DNA of 32,000 nt from Candidatus Thorarchaeota archaeon (GTDB lineage: Archaea; Asgardarchaeota; Thorarchaeia; Thorarchaeales; Thorarchaeaceae): the NCBI GenBank assembly GCA_003345555.1, contig PRDJ01000078.1, forward strand, positions 1,140 through 33,139. Direction: 5' to 3'. The position numbers and the translations under genes are program-made. This document shows positions 9,347-17,646 of this stretch, piece by piece. The notes under the pieces were generated by a model. That model was not told the origin of the DNA and did not search any database. It worked only from the letters and a program-made list of their open reading frames with translations. Positions within the stretch are counted from its first letter, which is position 1, and every line of letters starts with the position of its first letter.

Positions 9347-10483
9347 CTACGTGTTGGTGCCTTCCTGTAGCGAGAGAAGTCTGGCACACACCGCATCTAC
9401 ATCATTCGCCGACATCGAGAGATAAAGGGGTAAGCTGAGGATTCTAGAGCAGATGTCTTCGGTTGTAGGCAGGCTCCCCGGCTTGTAGCCATACATCTTC
9501 CTGTAAATGGGCTGAAGGTGCACAGGATGATACATGATGCTTGTCTCGATCTGGTCATTCAAGAGTTGCGCTCTGATTTCATCACGATTGCCTTGGTTCA
9601 AGATGACTGTAAAGGAATAATAGGATGGCTGCGTATTTGCCAGCACTGTCGGCACGGTAACCGAGCTGTGCCCTGTCAGGTTTCTCCTGTATCTCGCTAC
9701 AAGTTCTGTTCTGATTCGGATGATTTCTTCCAGGTGTCCCATCTGAGCCTCCACCACGATTGCCTGCAGTTCGTTCATTCTGTAGTTGTACCCGATTTCG
9801 GATATCTCAGCGGGACCAAACCCGCCTCGGCCTTGATTAATGAGTATGCGAGCCTTTGCATCCGCTTTGAGGTCAGACGCAGCCAACAGTCCTCCCTCAG
9901 GACCTGCGATTACCTTTGTAGGATAGAATGAGAAACATGAGAACTCCCCAAACGTCCCACATTGTCTTTCCTGATAGAGAGCACCGTGTGCGTGAGCACA
10001 GTCCTCAACCAGAACAAGATTGTTCTTCTTGATGACCGGCATGATTCTTCGCATGTCGCATGGAAGCCCGCCCAAATGAACAATCGTGACAGCCTTTGTC
10101 TTCTTGCTGACCGCTTCTGATATCGCGGCAGGGTCGATGTTCAATGTGTGAGGGTCTATCTCGGCGAAGACCGGCGTGCCGCCGCAATAGACTACCGCGT
10201 TTGCTGTCGCCGCAAAAGTGTTAGAGGGCACAATCACTTCATCTCCTTTGCCTATGCCTGCCAAAATCATCGCTAGATGCAGTGAGGCCGTGCACGAGTT
10301 TGTTGTAGCTACGTGCATGGGGCTAAGCAGTCTTGCGAAGTAGTCCTCGACCGATTGGACATGCTTGCCGTGTGTAAGCTGGCCTGACAGGAGAGTCTCC
10401 TCCACATTTGATAGTATCTGGCTTAACCAGTCATTGTTGAAGTGTGGCTTGGCAAAGGGAATCATCCGAGGGTTCACCGGCAT
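9347..10483 (-). CDS. DegT/DnrJ/EryC1/StrS family PLP-dependent sugar aminotransferase
   Basis: 378 aa; NSCTASLHLA, GDEVIVP, VEDCAHAHG, FSFYPTK (PLP lysine), EGG, GYNYRM. Confidence 0.93.
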   Translation of the reverse strand: MPVNPRMIPFAKPHFNNDWLSQILSNVEETLLSGQLTHGKHVQSVEDYFARLLSPMHVATTNSCTASLHLAMILAGIGKGDEVIVPSNTFAATANAVVYCGGTPVFAEIDPHTLNIDPAAISEAVSKKTKAVTIVHLGGLPCDMRRIMPVIKKNNLVLVEDCAHAHGALYQERQCGTFGEFSCFSFYPTKVIAGPEGGLLAASDLKADAKARILINQGRGGFGPAEISEIGYNYRMNELQAIVVEAQMGHLEEIIRIRTELVARYRRNLTGHSSVTVPTVLANTQPSYYSFTVILNQGNRDEIRAQLLNDQIETSIMYHPVHLQPIYRKMYGYKPGSLPTTEDICSRILSLPLYLSMSANDVDAVCARLLSLQEGTNT

Positions 10484-10773
10484 GAGATGCGTCTACTTCG
10501 TTGAAGCCGTTGGTGCGAAGAATGCGCATAAAAGGTTCTTGTTCGTATTCACCGAAATCGGGAGCTCTTTTTGCCTCCACGTTTGCGGTAGCTTGTTAAG
10601 GACTAGTCCCTCATCGCTATGTTGGACGCGAGGTTTCATTCCCGCCTCCATAGTCCAACGGCCAAGCCGTCTGCAGTCCTTACGGCGATGCTACCCCACA
10701 CTACCGCAGACTTGGCAGACACAAGGATCATGATATGAACTCTGATATAAGATGGAACTCACGGTTTTGAGAG

Positions 10774-11721
10774 ATGGAACCAATGTCTAGTGAAGTAGTG
10801 ATGGTAAAGGCAGGAGATCTGCTCCGCTCCTATCCTACCTTGCTCGAGAAAGAGCCCGGTTTTGCCAAAGTCCTTGTCGGAGCCCAAGATGGATACGCAT
10901 ACGTCGTAGACCACGGCGGGGAGATTCCATGCGGGGCAATTTGCATTAGAAAAGAGTGGGATTCCAGTTTCTTTGAAAGAGAGATATTTGACCTTTATGC
11001 TTTCCTAGACAACGAAGCTGTTCAACTGCAGGAGCCTCTCCTATTGAGCATCGATTCTGCTCTACAGAGTGCTTGGAGCAAGGGTGCTCAGTGCATATTC
11101 GCACGTGTTCCTCTGGAACGCATGGGTGTCATCCGGACTACGGAGAGAGCTGGGTTTAGGACTTACGATGTCATATGTAGACTCCAAAGAACCAATCGCC
11201 GGGTCAAACTCGGATCTTATCACAGCTCGGACTCCGTCAGGGAGGCGAGAGAGACGGATGTATGGAGCCTAGTTTCTTTGGCAAGTTCCGCATTCGGCTT
11301 GGATCATTTTCACCAAGACCTCGAGATTAGCAAAGATGCTGCTGATGCCATGTACGGCATCTGGATTAGGAACCTATTCCATGAACAGGCGTGTCGGGTT
11401 TTTATCCATGAGATTGATCACAAGATTGGAGGTTTTGTCACTCTTCGTGAAGCGCCAGATGAACTCGATGCCAAGAGACCTAAATACCATATTGACTTGA
11501 TTGCTGTTGACGAAAAGCATAGACGGTCTGGAGTGGGTCGTCGGTTATTGAGGAAAGTCACGGATGAAGTGGGAAGAGACTCCAGAATCGACGTGGCTAC
11601 TCAGGCCTCGAATCTAGGTGCAATTCGGCTTTATCTGGACGCTGGCTTCTCTATCTGCAGCTACTCGGTCACGCTGCATTTGTGGCATAGAGATCTATCA
11701 GCTTCTGGTGCTCGCTACTGA
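10774..11721 (+). CDS. GNAT N-acetyltransferase, WecD (dTDP-fucosamine acetyltransferase)-like
   Basis: 315 aa; IDLIAVDEKHRRSGVGRRLL (acetyl-CoA motif A) and DVATQASNLGAIRLY resemble the C-terminus of E. coli WecD. GATATAAG at about 10744-10751 lies about 25 nt from the ATG, consistent with a leaderless mRNA. Confidence 0.75.
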   Translation: MEPMSSEVVMVKAGDLLRSYPTLLEKEPGFAKVLVGAQDGYAYVVDHGGEIPCGAICIRKEWDSSFFEREIFDLYAFLDNEAVQLQEPLLLSIDSALQSAWSKGAQCIFARVPLERMGVIRTTERAGFRTYDVICRLQRTNRRVKLGSYHSSDSVREARETDVWSLVSLASSAFGLDHFHQDLEISKDAADAMYGIWIRNLFHEQACRVFIHEIDHKIGGFVTLREAPDELDAKRPKYHIDLIAVDEKHRRSGVGRRLLRKVTDEVGRDSRIDVATQASNLGAIRLYLDAGFSICSYSVTLHLWHRDLSASGARY

Positions 11722-12876
11722 TTCGTAGAGCCCCTCAAGGTCCCTGAGCATTCGATCTATCGAGAATGAGTCTGAAGCGGTCTTTCGTGCGCCCTCCGAG
11801 ATTCGTTTGGCCAGCGCCGCATCCGTAAGGATGTCTCTTATTGCCTCGGCTGTCTTGTTCACGTCTCTTGGGGGCACGAGCAAGACGTTCTTCCGATTCT
11901 GGAGCCATGGTCGCACAAAATTATCTTCTCTTACACAGGATACCACAGGAACTCCCAATGCCATCGCTTCAACTGATGCACTGTCGAAGCCAGTCCTACT
12001 GTCCAGAGAGTGTACTTCGAGAACCGATTGACGCAGCAATGATGGAACCAAACGATGCGGAATCTCGCCAATGAACCGGACTCTACCCTTCAATCCCAGT
12101 TGGGAAGTCATCTGAATGGGGGTTGGGTCCATGACTCTCCCGACAAAAACCAACTGGATGTCCGGGAACTCCTTTGCGACCACTGCGAAGGCACTTAGGA
12201 CGGTTCTTGCGCTCTTGAGCCGGGTCAGGTGAGATAGCGATACTACAATTCTGCGCATCGGAGTGTATCCGTATTTGCTGGCATCCCACTCGGGTGAGGA
12301 TAACAGCTCCGGTAGATCAATTGCCAATGGGATCACTGCAATACGGTCAAGAGGAACATGGTACGTATTCTCAATATAGCGATACATTTGTCGGTCCAAC
12401 GCAATGATTGCATCAGACTTTCTCCATACGTGGCCCAAGAACGCGCGGTCGAGATTACGCATGACGGCATTGAGTAGTGGATCCGTATGCACAAACCTTG
12501 TGTGGATTGTCACCACAAGCGGCAGGTGAAGTGCTTTCGAGCATTGAGCCGCTGCTATCGATGCATCGAGGAAGTGACCATTTGCATGAACGACTGTGGG
12601 CTGGAAGCGTGCGAGAATCTGTCGAATTAAGGGAATCGATGCAGGGTAAAGGGAATATGGCAGACCATAGCGCTGAGTCAGAGGAGTCTTAGGCAGCATG
12701 AACCCAGGAAGCTTGGCACAACCGAAATGAGCACTTTCTCCGGGATTTGCGTGTCTGAAGCTTATGACAAGGACCTCGTGGCCGCGATCTTCAAGGCCGT
12801 TTGCCACGCGCCAAGCATAGTGTGAGGATCCACTTTGGATTGGTGGAAACATACCTGACACTAATGCAATGCGCAA
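11698..12876 (-). CDS. Glycosyltransferase family 4
   Basis: 392 aa; FPPIQSGSSHY, VVHANG, VTIHT, IPLAID, FVGR and VEAMALGVPVV motifs; TTG start; overlaps the GNAT 3' end by 24 bp. Confidence 0.9.
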   Translation of the reverse strand: MRIALVSGMFPPIQSGSSHYAWRVANGLEDRGHEVLVISFRHANPGESAHFGCAKLPGFMLPKTPLTQRYGLPYSLYPASIPLIRQILARFQPTVVHANGHFLDASIAAAQCSKALHLPLVVTIHTRFVHTDPLLNAVMRNLDRAFLGHVWRKSDAIIALDRQMYRYIENTYHVPLDRIAVIPLAIDLPELLSSPEWDASKYGYTPMRRIVVSLSHLTRLKSARTVLSAFAVVAKEFPDIQLVFVGRVMDPTPIQMTSQLGLKGRVRFIGEIPHRLVPSLLRQSVLEVHSLDSRTGFDSASVEAMALGVPVVSCVREDNFVRPWLQNRKNVLLVPPRDVNKTAEAIRDILTDAALAKRISEGARKTASDSFSIDRMLRDLEGLYESVASTRS

Positions 12877-12927
12877 GGGAAAGCCTCGGTCACTAGTTGC
12901 GTATGTCAGAGTGAAATATGATTTGAG

Positions 12928-12934
12928 TATATAT
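12928..12934 (-). promoter_or_regulatory. Candidate TATA box (ATATATA) for the GT4 gene starting at 12876
   Basis: AT-only heptamer in a 151-bp intergenic gap, about 52 nt upstream of the start codon. Confidence 0.5.
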
Positions 12935-12962
12935 CCCTGATTGCGCTCGTGTGATTGGTGTC

Positions 12963-12979
12963 TTAGAACTGAGTTCTAA
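12963..12979. repeat. Perfect 8-1-8 palindrome TTAGAACT-G-AGTTCTAA, operator candidate
   Basis: Read directly from the sequence; intergenic, about 30 nt upstream of the TATA candidate. Confidence 0.5.
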
Positions 12980-13027
12980 CACTGTCCACTGATGGTGCGC
13001 TATGACAAGAACCCGACCTAGCAAGCA

Positions 13028-15004
13028 CTAGACAACCTCGAATATGGAGCAGTTGCCCTTGTGAAATACCTCGTACAGAAATGAGTATGTTGAGAAATAA
13101 GAGTGGCAGATAACCGAGGAGACTGGTCTTGGTATGAAGGTAGTATTATCAACAATCATTCTTACTATGCGGTCAGGTGAACTGAGATATATCAGCTGAA
13201 TGCCGTATTTGAGTAGAAGACCTTTCACTAAGGAAACGTTGTCAGGATGTGACCAAAAGGACTCAAACTCGAAGGCTCGGGTTTTGCTTGCATTGTCTAG
13301 TGGTCTCAGAAAGACAAGGTTCCTTATGCCCAACGAAGGTAGCCCCCAGTCCGATGCAGTTTCGTAATTGAGTATCAGTTCTTCATATCCTGCATGGTCT
13401 CTGATATAGTATCCTCCAGCAAGATCATTCTGAAACTCGCCACTTCGAGTCCAGTATGCTGCCTTGCTCTGCTCTGACCCGGTAGCAAAGCCCCAAATCG
13501 TCGGAGTCATTGAGACCGCTACGAATGCAACCAAGGCGATTTGATAGATTGTACCAGATAATCTAAGGTATCTTTCCCCAGATGATTTAAGGACTCTCAG
13601 CTCTACGGTCAAATCCCCCAACACCAGCCGCTTGGAATGCAGGTAGGCAGCCGCGTACACAAACGACCAGAGCTGCAAAAGCATCATCATGCGAGTGGGT
13701 AAAATGAGTCTCAGTCCAATTGCGAATAGATACGGTACCATAGAAATCAGAGTACACGAAAGCAGAATCAGAAAAGCTAGGCTCTCCGATTGGCAACTCC
13801 CTGCCTTAATCATCCTGCGACATTCAAGAACTGCAAATACGAGCATAGGAATGTAAAGGATGCTCAGGAAGTATGTGGGCTGGAGAAGGTAGTCCCAGAT
13901 AATCCCGAACCCGAGATTGACGAAGATATAGGAGAAGGGCCCTAGGGTAAGAGAGAGGGCGCCAAGGACGCCTAGCAGGATAATGAATGTGGCAGTCGCA
14001 ACCTTGCGGCGCGTCACGAGCCCTGAGCGCATACCCTGAGTCCGTAGTCTCTCAAACACTACCAACGCAAAGAGGACACCAGCCACGATTACGAACGTCG
14101 GATACGTGACGAGAATACCCAGAGATAATACTGCCCAAATCAGAAACGCACGAAAGCCGTCGGGGCTTTCCTTCTGAGAACGACCAGAAAACAACGACAA
14201 CAGAGATAGTGTCATGAGTACGCCCAAGACAACAGGATAAGTACCATTCACGAAGTTCATGTAGATTGAGTTTTGAGCGTATTCCACTGGGTGAATGTAA
14301 AAGCAGAACAAATAGGCGGCTACAGAATAGGGGATTGACTTAGTCCTGCTCAGAACGAGAACTGGCGGTACAAGCGTGATTAGGACCATTGCATATGAGG
14401 CCACTACAATCATTTCAATACCTGCAGGTACGCCAAGAATCAGACACAGTTGGGCCACCAGCACATGGTAGCCCAGAGGGTATGACACCAGAGACGAATC
14501 GTATGGAGCAAAGCTCACGGGCAGTCTTCCTTGTTCCATTATCGCCAAGATATAATACCCATGAAACCAAGGGTCCCCAGCTTGGGACCACGACACGTAG
14601 CTAACTAGAGAAGCTAGCTGTGCGATTGACACCACCAGCAGAAGAAGAAAAACAGCATTGATTGGGGAGGAGAATCCCTTTCTGAATCTTGCTAACATTG
14701 AACGGAGCTCTGGAGCTCCGATCTTCCTTGACACCGCAAAGTACGAGCCTAGAGCTATAAGGGGCAGGCAGGGAACCAAGAACAGCGTCAGGACGCTCAC
14801 AGATATCAGAGAGACAACCCACCAGAGTGCGATGTTGCAGGATAAACCGAGGGCTAGGACCAGAATAAGCGAAGGAACATAGCCGCAAGTCCGGAACCAT
14901 TCAGGTCTTAGCAGACTTGCAAGAAGCAGGCCACTTGGCAGAGAAGTGACTGCAATCAATAGGTAGCTGATGCCTACGATTGTGAGTGGTATCTCAGACA
15001 TCAT
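13028..15004 (-). CDS. Polytopic membrane protein, GT-C-like (DUF6541-type)
   Basis: 658 aa; GDPWFHGYYI...YPLGYHVL loop typical of predicted lipid-phosphosugar-dependent transferases; many TM helices; hydrophilic C-terminus; GGTGA upstream. Confidence 0.6.
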   Translation of the reverse strand: MMSEIPLTIVGISYLLIAVTSLPSGLLLASLLRPEWFRTCGYVPSLILVLALGLSCNIALWWVVSLISVSVLTLFLVPCLPLIALGSYFAVSRKIGAPELRSMLARFRKGFSSPINAVFLLLLVVSIAQLASLVSYVSWSQAGDPWFHGYYILAIMEQGRLPVSFAPYDSSLVSYPLGYHVLVAQLCLILGVPAGIEMIVVASYAMVLITLVPPVLVLSRTKSIPYSVAAYLFCFYIHPVEYAQNSIYMNFVNGTYPVVLGVLMTLSLLSLFSGRSQKESPDGFRAFLIWAVLSLGILVTYPTFVIVAGVLFALVVFERLRTQGMRSGLVTRRKVATATFIILLGVLGALSLTLGPFSYIFVNLGFGIIWDYLLQPTYFLSILYIPMLVFAVLECRRMIKAGSCQSESLAFLILLSCTLISMVPYLFAIGLRLILPTRMMMLLQLWSFVYAAAYLHSKRLVLGDLTVELRVLKSSGERYLRLSGTIYQIALVAFVAVSMTPTIWGFATGSEQSKAAYWTRSGEFQNDLAGGYYIRDHAGYEELILNYETASDWGLPSLGIRNLVFLRPLDNASKTRAFEFESFWSHPDNVSLVKGLLLKYGIQLIYLSSPDRIVRMIVDNTTFIPRPVSSVICHSYFSTYSFLYEVFHKGNCSIFEVV

Positions 15005-15201
15005 GTCACCTACAATGATTGTGCAGTTGCAGTTCCACCGTTGATTCTAGTATTTGTGTTTCTCGGTAGCCTAGCACAAGCGCCAGTACTCCATTGTGGC
15101 TCAGTCTCCGGGTTACAGCCAGCGGCTTTGTAGTGTGAGCAAACCTGAAATACAGATTGCAGGAGCTCCGCATCTCAGATTGAGCAGAGGAAGATGCCCC
15201 C

Positions 15202-16518
15202 ATGCTGGAACCTAGGAAAGACAGAGCCCACAACTTCCTCTGGCTCTCAGTAGGACTGGGCGCATGTGTGATGCTCTCGCACGGCGTGAGCTTCATTGCA
15301 AAGGTCGTATTCAGAGCCAGTCTTGATCCTGAATCTTACGGAATCTTTGCTTTTTTCGCCAATGCCTTCCCTGCATTTCTCCTTGTAGCACACTTATACC
15401 TTGAGTTTCCTATTGTCTCGAAGGTGTCTGAGAATCCAACAGATCGACAGATGTATGAAAGGACCAAGGCCGAACTCTCAAGTACCGCAATCATGACGTC
15501 GGGGCTTGTGGGAGTGTTCTTCTTCTTTTGGACTGGCGCCACAACGGGTTATTGGTATTTGTCTGCCTTTACAGCAATGGTCTTGATGGTGTCAGCCATA
15601 TGCAATGTTCTATTGGCTTTTTCTCGCGGACAAGATCGCCTCGGACCCACAGGCATTGCTTGGCTCTTGGGCGGGGTCGCCCGGCTTGCGTTCCTCCTCT
15701 GTTTCGTTTGGGGGATACTGTTCCCGCGCACGTTGGCATCAGCCTGCGTTGCCTTCACTCTCCCATGGGTGTTCTGGTTGATTGCAGTTGTCCACTATGA
15801 GGGGCTGCCCAGACCCGCGATGCCAAGTCTGAGCTTCATCAGGCCCTACTATCGAGACGCTTTTCTTGCGTTCCTGACGGGGTTAGCACTGCAGCTTCCT
15901 CCCTTCGCTTCAATCCTCATCATCATGGAAGCATACGGTTTCGTTGAGCTGGGCGACTTTGACATAGCCCTCATTAGCTATAGCCTGTTTTCTGTTATTG
16001 TAGCAGGCGCCGCGTACGTGGTGCTGGCAAAAGCGAGAAGAATGCCGGCCTTCACGTTGTATGCAGGATCTCTTCTGAAGAAGCTGGGACCAGTCCTTGT
16101 CGTGTTTTCCATATTGATCATTACCACCTCCTCATACCTGGAGCCTCTCGGACTTGCAGTGCTTGCGAAGGTTGGTTTGCCCAATACTGTCTATTGGCCC
16201 GTAGTTACCCTTTTGGTGTTTGCCGTTCCTGTGAGAATACTACTCGAGCTGATAGTGCCTTATTTTCAAGGGCATGGCGTGTTCAAACCGGTCGGAGTGA
16301 TCGCGATGGCCACCGTATTAGGATCCCTGCCGATACTGTTCATTGTAATCGTCAATTGGTCGCTGGTGGGGGCAGCCATTGGCATCGGACTGGTGAATCT
16401 TGTCATGCTTCTGGCCCTTGGTTTGTTTGGTCTGAGTGATGAAAGGAGAAACGCACGGGCGACCGGCATCAAGATCCTTCATGATGTGTCTGACGGTCAG
16501 ATGGACCAACCCAGCTAG
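15202..16518 (+). CDS. Second oligosaccharide flippase-like membrane protein (MOP/Wzx-like)
   Basis: 438 aa, hydrophobic throughout; FRASLDPESYGIF and YGFVELGDFDIA match the repeated MOP-family pattern; WSLVGAAIG near the C-terminus. Confidence 0.7.
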   Translation: MLEPRKDRAHNFLWLSVGLGACVMLSHGVSFIAKVVFRASLDPESYGIFAFFANAFPAFLLVAHLYLEFPIVSKVSENPTDRQMYERTKAELSSTAIMTSGLVGVFFFFWTGATTGYWYLSAFTAMVLMVSAICNVLLAFSRGQDRLGPTGIAWLLGGVARLAFLLCFVWGILFPRTLASACVAFTLPWVFWLIAVVHYEGLPRPAMPSLSFIRPYYRDAFLAFLTGLALQLPPFASILIIMEAYGFVELGDFDIALISYSLFSVIVAGAAYVVLAKARRMPAFTLYAGSLLKKLGPVLVVFSILIITTSSYLEPLGLAVLAKVGLPNTVYWPVVTLLVFAVPVRILLELIVPYFQGHGVFKPVGVIAMATVLGSLPILFIVIVNWSLVGAAIGIGLVNLVMLLALGLFGLSDERRNARATGIKILHDVSDGQMDQPS

Positions 16519-16624
16519 GTGGTAATCTGCCAAGCAGGAGAAACGTCTCGAACTTTGATGGTTGCCAGGTTCCTTGGAGCCGACGCACATCACAACGAGC
16601 TCAAACTCTCGGCTTTTCCCATAT

Positions 16625-17644
16625 CTACCATAGTGCATCGTTTGGGCTAATCGAACTCTCGATAAGAGCCCTGTTCTCCTGCAACCAAGCGTAGACTTTC
16701 TTCAATCCTTCCTTGAAGTCCATCCGCGCCTCATATCCGAGTATCTTGCGAGCCTTGTCTATCGATGCAAGACGGCGTACAGACTTATCCCAGTCTCTTT
16801 TTGGAACGTAGACAATCCCAGCCTTGCTTCCTGCTATTTCGTTCACACTCTCCGCAAGATCCTTGACCGTGGTCTCTCGTGATGAAGCAAGGTTGATTGA
16901 TTCTCCTATGGCACCATCTACAATCCCCATTCTCAGAAGTCCGTCCACAATGTCACCAACATACGAGAAGTCTCTGGTCTCGTCCCCTGTGCCAGTTATC
17001 TGAAGCTGTTTGCCGTGCATTGCCCTCCAGAAGAAGTTGGGGATAACATTCCTATACCTGCCTGGGACTTCTCCAGGGCCGTAGACGTTGAAGAAGCGCG
17101 CGTTAACCGTTGGTAGCGCATAGGTTTCATGATAGTGATTGCAGTACAATTCCCCCAATAGCTTGTGCACCTGATACGGTGTGTCCAAGGTGAGACTCAC
17201 AGTGTCCTCTTTGAATGGGATTTTCGCGTGGCTGCCATATACGGAACACCCAGAGCCGGCAAACACAACTCTCTTCGGTTTGGACGATCGGCAATACTCA
17301 AGGACCTTGAGAGTACCAAGGCCATTAACAAGCAGATCCGTCTCCGGATGATCGATGCTGTTCTGATTTGCAAAGTGAGCAGCCAAATGGAACACGTAGT
17401 CGGGGTAGTCATAAAAGACCCGCTTGAGTCCCTCCTCATCTAGGATGGTCCCTTTTACGATTTCAAGAGATCCGTGCTTAGGAAGATTCCACCAGTAGGA
17501 GGCCGAGAAGTCATCGAAGACAACCACCTTTCGTGGTTTCCCCGCTAAGAGAGTCTTCACAAGGTTACTTCCAATGCAGCCTGCGCCACCTGTTATGAGT
17601 ATTTTCTTGTCAGTATAACTCTGAAGCACTTGCTGAGAATCCAT
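16625..17644 (-). CDS. Extended SDR nucleotide-sugar epimerase, WbmF/GDP-mannose 3,5-epimerase-like
   Basis: TGGAGCIG, HLAAHFANQNS, FAGSGCSVYG, YQVHK, RFFNVYGPGE, YRNVIP. Start moved to ATG 17644 (the ORF track gives 17683) because GGTGA overlaps the upstream gene's TGA at 17647-17649, indicating translational coupling. Confidence 0.88.
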   Translation of the reverse strand: MDSQQVLQSYTDKKILITGGAGCIGSNLVKTLLAGKPRKVVVFDDFSASYWWNLPKHGSLEIVKGTILDEEGLKRVFYDYPDYVFHLAAHFANQNSIDHPETDLLVNGLGTLKVLEYCRSSKPKRVVFAGSGCSVYGSHAKIPFKEDTVSLTLDTPYQVHKLLGELYCNHYHETYALPTVNARFFNVYGPGEVPGRYRNVIPNFFWRAMHGKQLQITGTGDETRDFSYVGDIVDGLLRMGIVDGAIGESINLASSRETTVKDLAESVNEIAGSKAGIVYVPKRDWDKSVRRLASIDKARKILGYEARMDFKEGLKKVYAWLQENRALIESSISPNDALW

Positions 17645-17646
17645 AA

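Noticed and set aside
10365-10733. 122-aa plus-strand ORF in the aminotransferase/GNAT spacer
   Set aside because: It overlaps the aminotransferase start in antisense, spans the divergent promoter and has no recognisable features.
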